Positions 1 through 12,510 of a stretch of 64,000 nucleotides of DNA are shown in pieces. The stretch is from positions 78,977,973-79,041,972 of the forward strand of contig JARDVH010000132.1 of assembly GCA_030324005.1 (NCBI GenBank). Direction: 5' to 3'. Source of the DNA: Negaprion brevirostris. Lineage: Eukaryota. Numbering within the stretch: the stretch's first letter is position 1; every line of letters starts with the position of its first letter. Below the pieces are notes generated by a model. That model ran no database searches and was not told the DNA's origin. It saw only the letters and a list, made by a program, of their open reading frames with translations. The position numbers and the translations under genes are program-made.

Positions 1-421
1 ATGCATTTACTGATTAAATATTTATCATTTGTCTGGCTTGATCTCACTCATAGATTACAATATATTATACACTGGAAACAATGCTTAAATGTGATTTTTA
101 AAATAATATTAAGATACATTAATTTATATATATACACAAATTTATTCCAGATTTTGTTGTCTCAGTAGCAGAGGCACTAGGTTGTGGTTCTTTTGGACTT
201 TGCTGATCACCTTGGGTTTGTGAATCCTTATCTGGTTCTGGAGTAAAGTAACTGTCAACTTTTGGTAATTCTTTGAGTTGCTCTTCAAGCTGGTGCTTTC
301 TTTTTCTTTTCTGGTATCTGCTCTTAAATGTTCTCTTCATTGTAAACCTTCTGAAATTTTGTGAGGCCCCTGCAGATTGTGAGACCCTAAGCTGTTTAGC
401 TTATGCCTAAATCTGGCACTG
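1..421 (-). mobile_element. Left end of a hAT (Tip100-like) DNA transposon with transposase N-terminus
   Basis: Minus strand begins CAGTGCCAGATTTAGGCATAAG...GCTTAGGG, resembling CAGGGCCGGATT-type hAT termini. ORF 340..119 (MKRTFKSRYQKRKRK...LPKVDSYF) resembles the basic N-termini of hAT/ZMYM-type transposases. Confidence 0.6.
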
Positions 422-3400
422 TCCCTGTGGATGGCAGATGAGTTACTATAAGAAAAAATGCCTTAATTTCTGCGCTGCTGCAATCTAGGAAAATGATGCT
501 GAAAGTTATGCTGGTTTCTGCCTTGTACTGAGGGTGACTATTGCCAGATGTTACCAATTCCAGGAATCTGTGTGACACATGCTGGGTGATCTCCATAATA
601 CACTTGTGACATCATCATGTACAAGCATATCTCCATTCCATTTTTGAGATTCCACACAGTTGCAAGAGACGATGGTTGTGGGGGAGGGATGGAGGGGGGT
701 GAGAGGTTGGGATATGAAAGACGTATAAAACATATCTGATTCTAGGGCCCCATCTCATTGCATCTGCTGCAGGTGGGGAAAGGAAAGAATGAGGCCTCTG
801 CTGGTGTCTCACTAAGCTAAGTAGACTAGCTGTATTGCCAGTGGAAACTGATGTTTCCTGCAGTGCTCATTTGTCGTTGGCAGAACTTAATAAACAACAT
901 AAAATACATACTAATAGAACACCATTAATAAGAGTCAGAGCAGATGGGTTGCTGTTGGATGTAATGGCATTTTACTTTAAGGGCCAGTTTTTGCAGAGTT
1001 AGACTGAATTCAGAGGGCCTTAAAATGATGGGTGGGATCCAGTTCTGGGATGCCTGCCCATTACAATCCCCCCCACTCCATTTCCCAGTCCTGGCTGACA
1101 ATTTTCATCATTCATAATAAGGCCATTTGAAGAAACAGATATCCGTCCTCTCTTTCTGTTGATCTACTTCACAGATTGCCTCATTGTGAATGTTTGGTTA
1201 AGTTCTAAGACTTATTAATGGATTGGTTAAAGAGAGACCTGTATTCAAGGGGGAAATGGAGTGTCTGGTTTTTCAATCGGCATTTTTGTGAGGTTATAAT
1301 AAGTTATTATTTGCTTTAATTTTTTGTTTCAATGCCTGGATATTTATTTGGACAAGGTGAAGAGGTAAAGAATCTGTTTTGTAATGGCTCTGATACATTT
1401 ATAGAGTTGTAAAAACAGCACTTTTTTAAAACAAGATTTGAATGGGCGCTTAAGTAAATTTCAAGACTTGCCATTGTTATATCATTCATTGATGCAACAG
1501 TGTATACTGGGTGAGTGAGCATGGAGAGTATGGGTGACCACCATGTAAAAGATATGGAGCCTGAAGGGCATGGAAGAGATATGGGAGGAAACTGAGTGCT
1601 ATAAAAAGATATGGGAAGTTCTGATGGGGGGTTAGGGGGAGGGGGGTGTGGGGCGCTGCTGAGAGAGTGGGGGATGAAGGCTGGAGAGCCTAACAGCCTT
1701 TACTGCAACTGGGCTGAAATCCTGGAGAACCGAGGTAAACTTTCTAACCATCCTGCCTTGGCACTCACCTACGCCTGTGGCTGAATCCGAGCTATTTCCA
1801 TGGCCGGTGGACCCAACTTAGTACCTTCCCCACTTCCCTGAACAAAAGTAGTGTGTGCGGAGGCGACTTACATTGAGACAGTTCTGCTAAGTCAGGAAAG
1901 TCCCTGATTCGTGCTTCTTGCCTTGATGGTGAAAACTGGCCCTAAGTTTCTGGCCTGTGCTGCTGCTTCTCCTCCTCACACTATTATGCACATCCCAGTC
2001 CAACGCTGGCACCTCCACATCAGAGCAGGAATATGCCCATTGGGAAGGGCTTTCCTGTTGAATACACTGAGGGTTTCCAACAAATTTCAGATATATGGTA
2101 CTGTATTGTAGCTCTTTCTAAGAAAATTTCAAACAATCTCACAAAGATCGACATCAAACTCCTAAAAATGCTGTTGTACTGATGTCACATGACGATGGAC
2201 TGTGCTATATGTAGATTTCCGGGTGTACCCTACCACACTATTTTCTTAAATTTGGGAAAGCTGTTCTTTCATTTGGTGCAGAGCTATATAAATAAACAGC
2301 AAGGGTTAAATAAATATGTCCAGGACGCAATGCAAATGATGGAGGGAATTTGTGCAGCAACATTTCAGCGTGCAACCATTCAAATCGGTTATGTGTGTAT
2401 TTGCTCTGATTAAACAGGGAAATGCCACTCATGCCAGAATTATTCTGAACCCTTCCAGGAAATTCCAGATCAATGATTCAGCATGTAGGTTTTTACTTCA
2501 GATTGTTTAATTTAGCTCTTGAGTTGTCCTATACAAATATAGACACAATTTATAAACATTCAATGACAATTTGGATACGAATAGAAACCAAAGGACTGAC
2601 TATCACCATTTAACTCAGCTCACCTTATAAGGAGTGCAGATTTTGTGTGTTGTTATTATTAACAGGTATTTTATTAACTACCCCAACAAAGTCATGGATA
2701 ACTGAATATATGCCATAACTCAAATATGAATTTCCAACAGAGAGCTGCTGTTGATTTTAATTGGATATTGTACCACATTTTATTCAAGAGACTACACTGG
2801 GGTAGGTTTTCATTTTAATCGCAGGCAGAAAAGAGCCACCTTTTATCAACCCTGCCTAATTTTCCTCTCCAAAGGGAGGTCAGATGGATTGTGTCACTGG
2901 CAGTAAGCCTGCTGCCCCCAGGTTACCTTTTAAAGTTTAAACTTTAAAATTTAAAATTCCCTCCATCACTTTCTTGCTGTTCTATAATACTGGATCAGAA
3001 AGAAAAATTATCTTTTTAAAACTACATTTTAATTGGTGTTGATTCACATGGTATGAATGATTATCTGACACATTAACTGTTGCATCATAACAGTTTGGTC
3101 TTTGGTAAAAGTGTGCACAATTTTTTTCAAAAAATTATTTTTAGTCGCCTTGGTTCTTCAGGGTAGTCATTTTTTCCTAACCATCAGTGTGTAATCTTGA
3201 AATGCACCAGATAATAATAACTGTACATCTGTTCCTGGTTAGCTATTAAGCTTACAGCATAAATTGCTACAACAACTGTTCAAATACTCTGGTAGGCAAA
3301 CTTTATGAATAGTTCTCATTGAATTGTCAGCTGCTCGATTCCATATTCCTCTGGCCTATACACTGAGATGTTAGATCATCCTGTGCCCCTTTGTTATGAC

Positions 3401-4589
3401 AATTTGAAATGTGTTATAATGCATATAAAGTGCAATAATATTCACATTTTCCCCAGAGATCAAGATATACTCTAAGGTGCTTCAATTCAGTATTGAGAAC
3501 ATTACAAATATTTCAATATTTTTGTTACAGAGAGTTAAGTTGAACAAAAATTTTTAAAAAAGCCTCCATTCTTAAAGTTACAAAGCTAATGTCCAGAGTG
3601 GACAGGGCAAGCCCTCAATTCAACTCCTTGCATGCTCCAAAAACCAATTCAAATTCAAATTGAATCCAATTCATAGTCCCCGCAAGAGATACATACAGGA
3701 TCCAAGCTGACAAGGTAAGGTGTTGTGCCCCATCTTGTGCTTGAATTTTTCCTTTGCAAAAATGTACTTTATTCATANNNNNNNNNNATGTTTGCAATAA
3801 CAGTAAGGTGCAATGATATTTAGATTTTCTCCAGCGATCAGGATGGACTCTGATGTGCTTCAGTTCAGTAATAAGAGCATTGCCTCTGTAAGCATCACTC
3901 CTTGCCAGGAACACAAGTGAGTTAGCACTTTCGAGTTATAGCTGCCAAGACTGCATTGAGAATTTGCTCAAAACAAAAGTGCAAGATGACCAGTTGGGCA
4001 ATCTGCAACATAAAAGATAGTAATCTAGATTATGGCGTGATTAAAAAGCCTACAAGTTTTATTAAATTCTGAGTGTATTTGAATACATAGTCCTTAGTGA
4101 GCTTTCTCAGTTGTTTTGCTTGGCTAATTTGTTGGGAGTGGTAATGTACCCAGTGACATTGAGTTGCATGGTCTGTGCAGTATGAATTACAGCATGGTTA
4201 CTTATGTAGTTTCAGTAATGGGGAACTGAAAAACACTTCTTATCTTTAAAAGCAGGAAAAAGTGCAGGAAGAATATGTTCCACTGAAAGAAAAAGGCAAG
4301 TAAACATTAGTGGGACTTTCCATAGATAAATAAAGGTTTAAAGCGAGATTTGAACATCAGGAATGAGGCATCTTATGTAGCAGGGGCATGCATGATAAAA
4401 CAAAATACAATGAGACTAGGAGAAAAGTCAACAGAATAATTCTGAAGACTGCAAAGAAACTGTAAAATTAAATTGTCAGGGAACATAAAATGTGAAGTTA
4501 TAGGTACATAATTAATAATGAAAGACTATGAGGAGAAGTAGAGGCAGGATAATACCACAGGTAATGATAAAGAAATGACAGAAATATGA

Positions 4590-4820
4590 GTTAGTACATT
4601 CTCCCTGTGTCTGCATGGCTTTCTTCCAGGTGTAGTGGTTTCCTCTCACAATCCAAACATGTGTGGGTTAGGTTGATTGGCCATGATAAATTGTCCCTGA
4701 GCATCAGGAAGATTAGCAGGGTAAATATGTGGGGTTATGGGGATAGGGTCTGGGTGGGATTATTGTTGGTGCAGACTTGATTGGCCAAGTGGCTTCCAAT
4801 TGCACTGTAGGGATTCTGAG
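4590..4820 (+). mobile_element. HE1-like V-SINE, 5'-truncated
   Basis: ttctccctgtgtctgc...ggttaggttgattggccatg...gcactgtagggattct. Confidence 0.8.
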
Positions 4821-5621
4821 GTAATTATTTCACTTTGTTTATTACTAGGGAGATATAACTAGTAGACATGACTATGAATAATGAGTTGAGCAATAAGGTA
4901 AGTGTATTTGAAATATAAAGATGTATAGAATAAACTAAACAAATTCAAAGATGTTAAGTATCCTGATCTAGATGGATTATGCAATTTGAAAGAATCTAGG
5001 GAAGAAATAGCAGAGACATTGCTACTCATAACGCAAGGTGTACTTATCTTCACTCTTCAGAGGAATGATTAAAAATAACTGTGGAAAATGATCCAACAGT
5101 AATATATTGCTGAGAATTAGATTGCTTTCTTTCACCGAGCTAGGATAGGGAAGACTAGCTATGTCATATTCCTATAATACCTTTTCATTTTTGGTGTTGT
5201 ATGATAGACCTTCCAACATTATTAGATGTAACACCGTCAACAAATTCTTGTAAAATTGAGATTTTGTTAGGTAGTATACTGTAAAATGTGATGTAATTAT
5301 GTGTGTGGATCCCTTTATATTGTTGCTCACAGGGTTAAGGAGCAGGTCAAGCTCTGTATCAGATCAGACTGCGTGTGTGAAGTAATTGGATTTTGTTCAA
5401 GTCTAGAGTTGAGGCAAAATGTGGGGGTGTGTTTGTACTGGACTGAGATTTGGTTGAATTAATGGGGATTAGGTGCAGGGGAAGACAGCAGATTAGGAAA
5501 AGAGAGAAAAAAAGTTAAATCTAGGGATGCAGCTGAAGCCGTCTTCTTCATAGCTTACTTTCCCACTTAGCTTTGTTTTGTCAGCATTCTTGAATAAATT
5601 GATCCTGGTCCCTTCATCTGA

Positions 5622-5841
5622 TGTGGAGATGCCAGTGTTGGACTGGGATAAACAGTAAGAAGTCTCACAACATTAGGTTAAAGTCCAACAGGTTTATTTG
5701 GTAGCAAAAAGCCACTAGCTTTCGGTGCACTGCTCCTTCGTCAAGATTCACCTGACGAAGGGGCAGCACTCTGAAAGCTAGCAGCTTTTGCTACCAAATA
5801 AACCTGTTGGACTTTAACTTGATGTTGTGAAACTTCTTACT
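5622..5841. mobile_element. Palindromic Penelope-like pseudo-LTR remnant with hammerhead cores
   Basis: About 90-bp inverted arms (5654-5745 / 5751-5841). CTGACGA..GAAAGCTA core. Flanking 13-bp direct repeat TCCCyTCATCTGA (5609, 5841). Confidence 0.8.
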
Positions 5842-6419
5842 CCCCTCATCTGAGTCATGGCATATACACTAACTCTTGCCTCTGACTGGAAAGGCATTGG
5901 GCAATGAATTGGGGCTCTTAATTACAGGGTCAATGTGTCAAGCCCCACGTCAGGTGATAATTTTTTAATTTAATATTTTAAAATTAATTAATTTATTTTT
6001 CACTGAAAAAAGAAATATGAAACACTGAACCATTGTGGACAAGTGCCACACTTATAACAAGTAACCAAGGGCTTCGTGGGAGACCACGGCTACCGAAGAA
6101 TACATTCATTTTTAGAAAAGTTATTTTGTTAACATTGGCAAAAGATCTAATAAAAAATAAGATACTAATGTATTTCTGATGAGAATTTTAATAATAACTG
6201 GCAAATGGATAGAACATTTTGGGTTTAAATTTACACCATCATATCAGGGTGCAGTTTGCATCTCCAATCTTAATTTAGGATATCCATCTAGTAGCAAATG
6301 ATAAAATGAGTTATGAAACATCAACTGCACTTAAAAGCGTCTCATTTTCTGCAGCTGGCACTGCCTCTGCACATGTGCAGGAACCGCTCCCCCTAGTGTT
6401 GCAGCACAAATAAATTCAG

Positions 6420-6940
6420 CCTAACAAATTAATTGTCCATCGGTTCGCCTTCATCTACACTGCTAATTATATCCTGCAAGCATTTGATTAGATTGGTCCA
6501 ACATGATTCCCCTTAGATAAAACCAGGTTGATTCTGCATAATCATATTATAGCTTTGTAAATGCATTTTTATCACTTCTATAATATTGGATTGACTGATA
6601 ACTGTCTAAATAGCCTGTAGTTCCCTGTTTTCTTACTGCTGTTTTTGAAAACAGTGTCACATTTGCTAACATTTGGTCCAATAGGACCATTCCAGAATTG
6701 AGGGGATTTTGGAAAATAACAAACAATGCATCCATTATCTCTAAAGTCACTTCTTTTAGAACCTGGATGTAAGCCATCAAGTCTCAGAGGTTTGTTGGCT
6801 TTCAATCCCTTTAATTTCTTTCATTCTATAAATATTCATTGTATTAAGTTCCTCATTCTCATTAGCCAGTCGACCACCCATTATTTCTGGTCATTTTTTT
6901 TGTTGTGGCTTCTACTGTGAAGGCAGAAAATACAAAATCT
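6420..6940 (-). mobile_element. Degenerate CR1 LINE RT fragment
   Basis: Minus-strand peptides ANVTLF..K / GNYR..S / DGLHP typical of CR1 ORF2. Confidence 0.75.
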
Positions 6941-7979
6941 TGTGCAATGTAAAATATAATCACAGGTCGGAAACATTTCAATCCCTCATTGGCTGCCAGG
7001 TTACTTTCCTGGCAGAACTTGCATCCAGTTATGGGCTGCATACAGATTGATAGGTTGGTGAGGTGGGACAAGTGTTCCTGAGATAGTAGACCACATCAGA
7101 GTGCTTGCCCCTTTGAGGGGACAGCAGCCTGATTGGCAGAAGTGGGTGTTGGTGCTGCAGAAGGGCATAATCAGGAGTTGTGCACTATCTGAAAAGGGAT
7201 CTACTTTAATAAAATAAACGTGGAAATTCCTCCACAGGATGATCCGTGAACCACTGGGGTGAGTGTAGGAGGCTTCAAAGGCCGACCCCAGGCCAGCCAA
7301 CAACATACCAGCTCCATGAACAGGCCAGGCTTGNNNNNNNNNNNNNNNNNNNNNNCCAGTCAGGCCACAAGAAGGCAGTTAGTTGTGTGCATTGAATACT
7401 TGCCGCTTGGTAAACTACCACCACCTCCCCCCGCCCCCAGCACCAGGACGATCACCCTGAGGAGGCTTCGTGCAAGCTGGCTGATCCAGCGCCAAGCTTT
7501 CAGAATTTCTTCCCAGTCCTGCCTTCAAGCCTACTCCAACATGATCAGAAATATTCCAACCAAATTACTTGGTTATCATGGCTGTCACTTCCTTATTCCT
7601 TATTCCCATTATCATTTCTCCTGCCTCAATCTTGAAGGGTTAGGATTTCCATGCTCGTTGTACAGTACTGTTTTGCTATATTTGTGGTTTCAAAAAAGGG
7701 TGTGGTGTAGTATATGCAAATATGTGGTTTATTGATAGGTTTTACAGAGAAGTTGAAATTGCATTATTGGACATAAAAAAAACAGCACATTACTTTCTCT
7801 AGATTAGATATAAAAGGGACCATCATTATAGTTTTGATTAGTCTCTGCTGTTGAATATCAGCCGAATGAGTTATTTGAACTTAATCTTCAGCATTGAATT
7901 AAATTGGCTTAGAACAGTGGTCTGTGGTATTTGGTAGTCTTCCCATTGATTATATCACCTCTATAACAGCAGTGCTTAA

Positions 7980-8128
7980 ATAAAGTTAAAGTTTAAAATT
8001 TATTTATTAGTCACAAATAGGCTTACATTCACACTGTAATGAAGTTACTGTGAAAATCCCCCCCTCCGGTGCCTGTTCAAGTACACCGAGGGAGAATTTA
8101 GCATGACCAATGCACCTAATGTGCACAT
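7980..8128 (-). mobile_element. V-SINE alternative-tail subfamily, 3' end (runs into gap)
   Basis: Reverse complement of the tail seen at 35330-35425 and 51610-51715. Confidence 0.75.
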
Positions 8129-8826
8129 NNNNNNNNNNNNNNNNNNNNNNNNNNNNNNNNNNNNNNNNNNNNNNNNNNNNNNNNNNNNNNNNNNNNNNNN
8201 NNNNNNNNNNNNNNNNNNNNNNNNNNNNNNNNNNNNNNNNNNNNNNNNNNAGTGGAGGACATTTTGTTTATCTGTTTTCTTTTCCATCCTGACCATGTTA
8301 ATTTCTTGCTGGGGTTGTTCCACAGGTATTTATTGTTGTCTAAAATCTTGTTCAGGTGGATCCACATCATGCATAATGCTGGTTATTTGACACTGGGAAT
8401 AAATCTTGTCCTATCCTACATCAGCACCTATCTACTCCCAAACCAACCTTTCAACTGTTTTCCTTCCCCAACCAAGCAGTGCAGAGAGCAGTTGTCATTC
8501 CTCCTGCAGCATTGGTAACTCTGCACAGACCAAGGATCAGGTGATCACCTGTCATGTCTTTGTGGCTCAATATTTATTGATAATCTTATAGAATCACTGG
8601 GTTTCAAATGTTTCTTGTTTTATAGTCAGAACCAAACTTCATTTATATTGGTGTAAAACTACCACAAAGGTCAGAAAGCCATTTTGTTTTATGTATAGAG
8701 TCAGCCTTGAATAGCCTCGGCACAGCAATGATGCCCCTACATTCATTAGCAGACGCTACATTTGGGAACATGCCTGCAGTACCAACAACTCTAGCCATAT
8801 GATAATGCAAACCTGGGTGTATCAAT

Positions 8827-9167
8827 AGAATCACTGAACCCCTATAGTACAGAAGAGGCCATTCAGCCCATTGAGTCTGCACTAACTCTGAGTATCTTAC
8901 CCAGATCCTCTCCCCCATTGTACCCATGTAAACTCACATATTTACCTGGTTAATCCATCTTACATGCACATCTTGGGACACTAAGAGGCAATTTAGCATG
9001 GCCCATCCACCTGTCTTTTATATCTTTGAACTGTGGGAGTAAACCTGGACGAAACCCATGCAGACAGAGGGAGAACATGCAAACTCCACATACAAGGTCA
9101 CCCAAGATTGGAATTGAACCCTGGTCTCTGGAGAGGTAAGGTAGCAGTGCTAGCCACTGTGCCACCG
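8827..9167 (-). mobile_element. Full-length HE1-like V-SINE
   Basis: tRNA-like head (GGTGGCACAGTGGCTAGCAC; B-box-like GGTTCAATTCC), V domain and CR1-like tail. Confidence 0.85.
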
Positions 9168-10473
9168 TAGGGATTTCTCTTAGAACTGGACACCATGCCT
9201 TTTGAAAGTGATGCTATGTGCATTTCTTCAATATTTTTCCCGTTTTGCTGAGATGAGGAGGGTTTGCAGACTTTCTTTCTTGTCTCATTGTTTTCCAGTT
9301 CTGTATTTTATTTCCTGAAATGCTCGTTCCCCTGGATTCAATCAGGATCACTATTTCTAACCTCCACTAAAATAGACAGCAATGTATTTAGCTCCTTGTG
9401 TTTCAATTTTCCTTTCTTCCTATAACTTTCTACGGGTTAGATTCTGTTCAATGTCACAACACTTAACTCACTTAACTTTCTTACTGTCTTGGCAGCCATT
9501 TATAATCCCATTAATTAGGCTTTGTTTCTTAAATACTTCCCTTCTTTGTACATTATCTTTTTAAAGTTTCAGTAAAATTTTCTGTTTTGACTTCAAGTTT
9601 ATTCTTTTTGCACTATTTCAAAAGTAAAATAAAGCAACACACAAAAATTAAATTGCAACACGGTGAATAAAACCTTTATCTTGCAATGCATATGAACCCA
9701 CATCCTGTTGGAAGGTGCTACATTGTAACGTTCGGGGCTGCAGTCTTTGGCTGCAGACCAGAAATGGGGGTCCTGGAAGTTGGAGTCAACAACATACATG
9801 TGTTGAAGTGGAAATTTCCCTGCTCCTTGACTGTGATAGAAAGACTCAACAAAGTCCATTCTGACAAAGTAACTTGTCTTTATTTCTGAAAGACTGCATG
9901 CAGTATTGGCAAAAACAAGCTAACTAAGGGTGACATGATTTTTTTTTAGGTAACACCTGACAATTATTTGCTGTAGATCACATTACCATAATTGAACTTA
10001 ACTTTCTAGATCTCCTGTTGCTGCATCATCTTATAACCTTGTATTACAACTTCATATCCCCTTCAATTGTATTAAGCCATACCCATTCCAGAACCGTGAC
10101 ACACAGTACTAGTTTATGTCAATCTCTATCTACAAGCAACAGGCTTCTGAACAAATCTGATGTTTGTGTTGTCACAGGGTAGTAAAAACTGCTAGTGTTT
10201 AGAATTTAGTGGGTGATAAAATGCATTCATAACTCCACTATAAATGATTGGGGGTCTCTAAGTGTCTGATGAGTGCTGAGAAAGTGTAGGAATAAGTGTA
10301 ATAGTGGTTGGGTTCACCTTGATGGGGCCGCTTGTGGCCTCTGTGCAGATTGCACTGTCAAGAAAGTTCACAGATTTTTAACTTTTGGCTTTAGCACAAA
10401 ATTGGATTTCTTATTTGCAAAATGGCTTCTTTAGTTGCTATTGATAGATCCCTTAACAATTTCCTCCATACAC

Positions 10474-10608
10474 GCTGGGATTCTCTATGTTGTTCACCCC
10501 GCCACCGCTGCCAGTGAGGACGAAGAATTTGGCGCTTAGCCAAATCTCCATTCCCAGCAGCGGGATCGGAGAATCCCACCTGTGGGTGGGATCGGAGAAT
10601 TCTGGCCC
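10474..10608. repeat. Short hairpin MITE-like repeat (reverse-oriented relative at 18604-18734)
   Basis: gctgggattctc...gagaattctggccc termini; internal segment shared in reverse with 18604-18734. Confidence 0.6.
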
Positions 10609-11849
10609 AAATCTTGCATAAGATATTTCTTGCGCTGACACCAAATCTACAGTATTACTGCTTTTGATGTTGCACAAAAGTTAATTCCCAGACTGGATAC
10701 CCTGAGTGTGAGGCAGGGATTTCAGGTCAGGATATTGGAGTCCACTGTATCCTGTTCATTTAAATGAATAGACGGAAAAATCACAGAGGTCAGTTTTAGC
10801 CGACGGGCTGGTGAACAGTTAGATATGGAAGGGATTTCTTCCCCTGATCATATCATGACACTATCCTGGGCTGTGCAGCCGTATGAGGTGCTCAGCTAAA
10901 GCAGGTTTATAGAACTCTGAATCTCTGGGTCCTACATGAAAAGGATTTTGATTGCATTTTAATTAGGGTCTGATTTGGGAAGACACTGTGGTTTTCTTGC
11001 GAGGCTGAAGCAACGTTCCCAATGATCTGCTAATAGAAGAGACCATCCAAGGGTAAATATATAACTTTCCATTGTGGATGGGTCCCACAAGAAATGTCAT
11101 AACCTCCTATGCCCTAGACTCTCACAATGCACTCCCTGTCCCTTCCACAAAATCTTTCTAAAAATCCCTACAACTTTTTGGCAAGTGGCTTCTGGCTGCA
11201 CGGACATTCTTTTTTAATCTCCTTGTGGGCAGGCAACTTACTGGCCACATGTACATGAAACACTAATATACTTAGGGCCTCAAACTCATGCACTCGCCTG
11301 GCCCAAAACATACTTGAGATTAAAAATCAACTGTGTTTCTGCAAATTATCAATCTGAACTGCCTGTTAATGGAGATTTAGGAGTCAGCCCTATATCTCTG
11401 TTATATTAAGATGTTATTGTACCAGTTTTTAATCATGCCAGTATTATGGCAGCAGGAATAATGAACATACATGCATTCATCTGTTTGATAATGTTGGCTG
11501 GAATTCTCTTTCAATTTTCTCTGTCCTCCTACATCAGCTGGTGCACTTACCTAGCTTGCAATAGGTCCTTGGATTTTGCAGCTCTCTAGATTTCACTCAT
11601 ACAGGTCTAAACAGCAGTCACTGCTGCAGCTCAAAAAGATCAGCGACAAATTGTTGTGTTCACCCTTCCAGATACTTACTCATCAAATAATGTCTATTTG
11701 TAAAATGAGATGGATGTAGAACTAATGTTAAACATACAAATTGTTTACTGAATTTTCCAAGACATTCTTACTGTTACGTGAATAATTCTGAATGCCCCCC
11801 TCCCCTCTGTGGTGTAATGTGTGTATGCTTATGTCCTGACTTCTAACAG

Positions 11850-11945
11850 GAACATCCATCTGTGGGTCTGCTGGTGGATAAGCTGCTGGAAAATAGCATC
11901 CATGTCATTTTTGCAGTTCAGGGATCATGCATCAGCTGGTACAGG
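11850..11945 (+). CDS. ITGB8: ITGB8 exon (approx. human exon 7), betaI domain: EHPSVGLLVDKLLENSIHVIFAVQGSCISWYR
   Basis: ttctaacag acceptor, gtaag donor, 96 nt, phase 0/0. Similar to human EHPSLGQLSEKLIDNNINVIFAVQGKQFHWYK (recalled). Missed by the ORF track. Confidence 0.95.
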
Positions 11946-12420
11946 GTAAGATCTATGCTGTTAATATCAGACTGAATAAGACACAGTGTTGGGCTTCTTG
12001 TGAAAAATGAATTTGGGTGCATGTGTTTAATTTATATTTAATCACCTCTCTGAAATATTATTAAAATCTAATCATGTTTCAACTAACAATAATTGAAAGT
12101 AAATTCCAGTACTCAATAAAATGGTTGCATTTTGCTGTGTGTTATCTTTGACCAATCAGATTATTTATGAGATAACATTTGAATGTTACCGTTGCTTTCA
12201 AAATATCCGTAGTGCTTTAAGTATGCTCAAGCAAACAATAAGTTTCACTTGGATAGATTGGATTTCAACCAATGCATCAGTTGATGTTAGTGCTTCCAAG
12301 GCATAAACTTACAGTTTGAGAAGCTTTCTTTTAAGATTTATTTTCATAATAATTGCCCTTTCTAAGAAAACTTGTTTAAAAACAAAATTTAATTGAAACA
12401 TCTCTTTTATTTTCTTAAAG

Positions 12421-12510
12421 GATCTTCTTCCATTGATGCCAGGTGCAGCTGCAAGGCAGTTAAATGCAGAATTATCCAATCTCTCTGAACTAGTGGAAGG
12501 TGCCTACAAG
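12421..12510 (+). CDS. ITGB8: ITGB8 exon (approx. exon 8), betaI beta6-alpha7: DLLPLMPGAAARQLNAELSNLSELVEGAYK
   Basis: tttcttaaag acceptor, gtatag donor, 90 nt, phase 0/0. Confidence 0.95.

Noticed and set aside
3790-4002. Good minus-strand splice acceptor (ttttatgttgcag) suggesting an antisense exon
   Set aside because: No recognisable peptide or partner exons. Such acceptors are common by chance.
7259-7735. 158-aa ORF
   Set aside because: It reads through an N gap and repeat sequence.
1-11849. Preceding ITGB8 exon (IGWR...DSKLAG...NDG.CHL)
   Set aside because: Not found by eye. It is probably upstream of the window, so this stretch is treated as intron.
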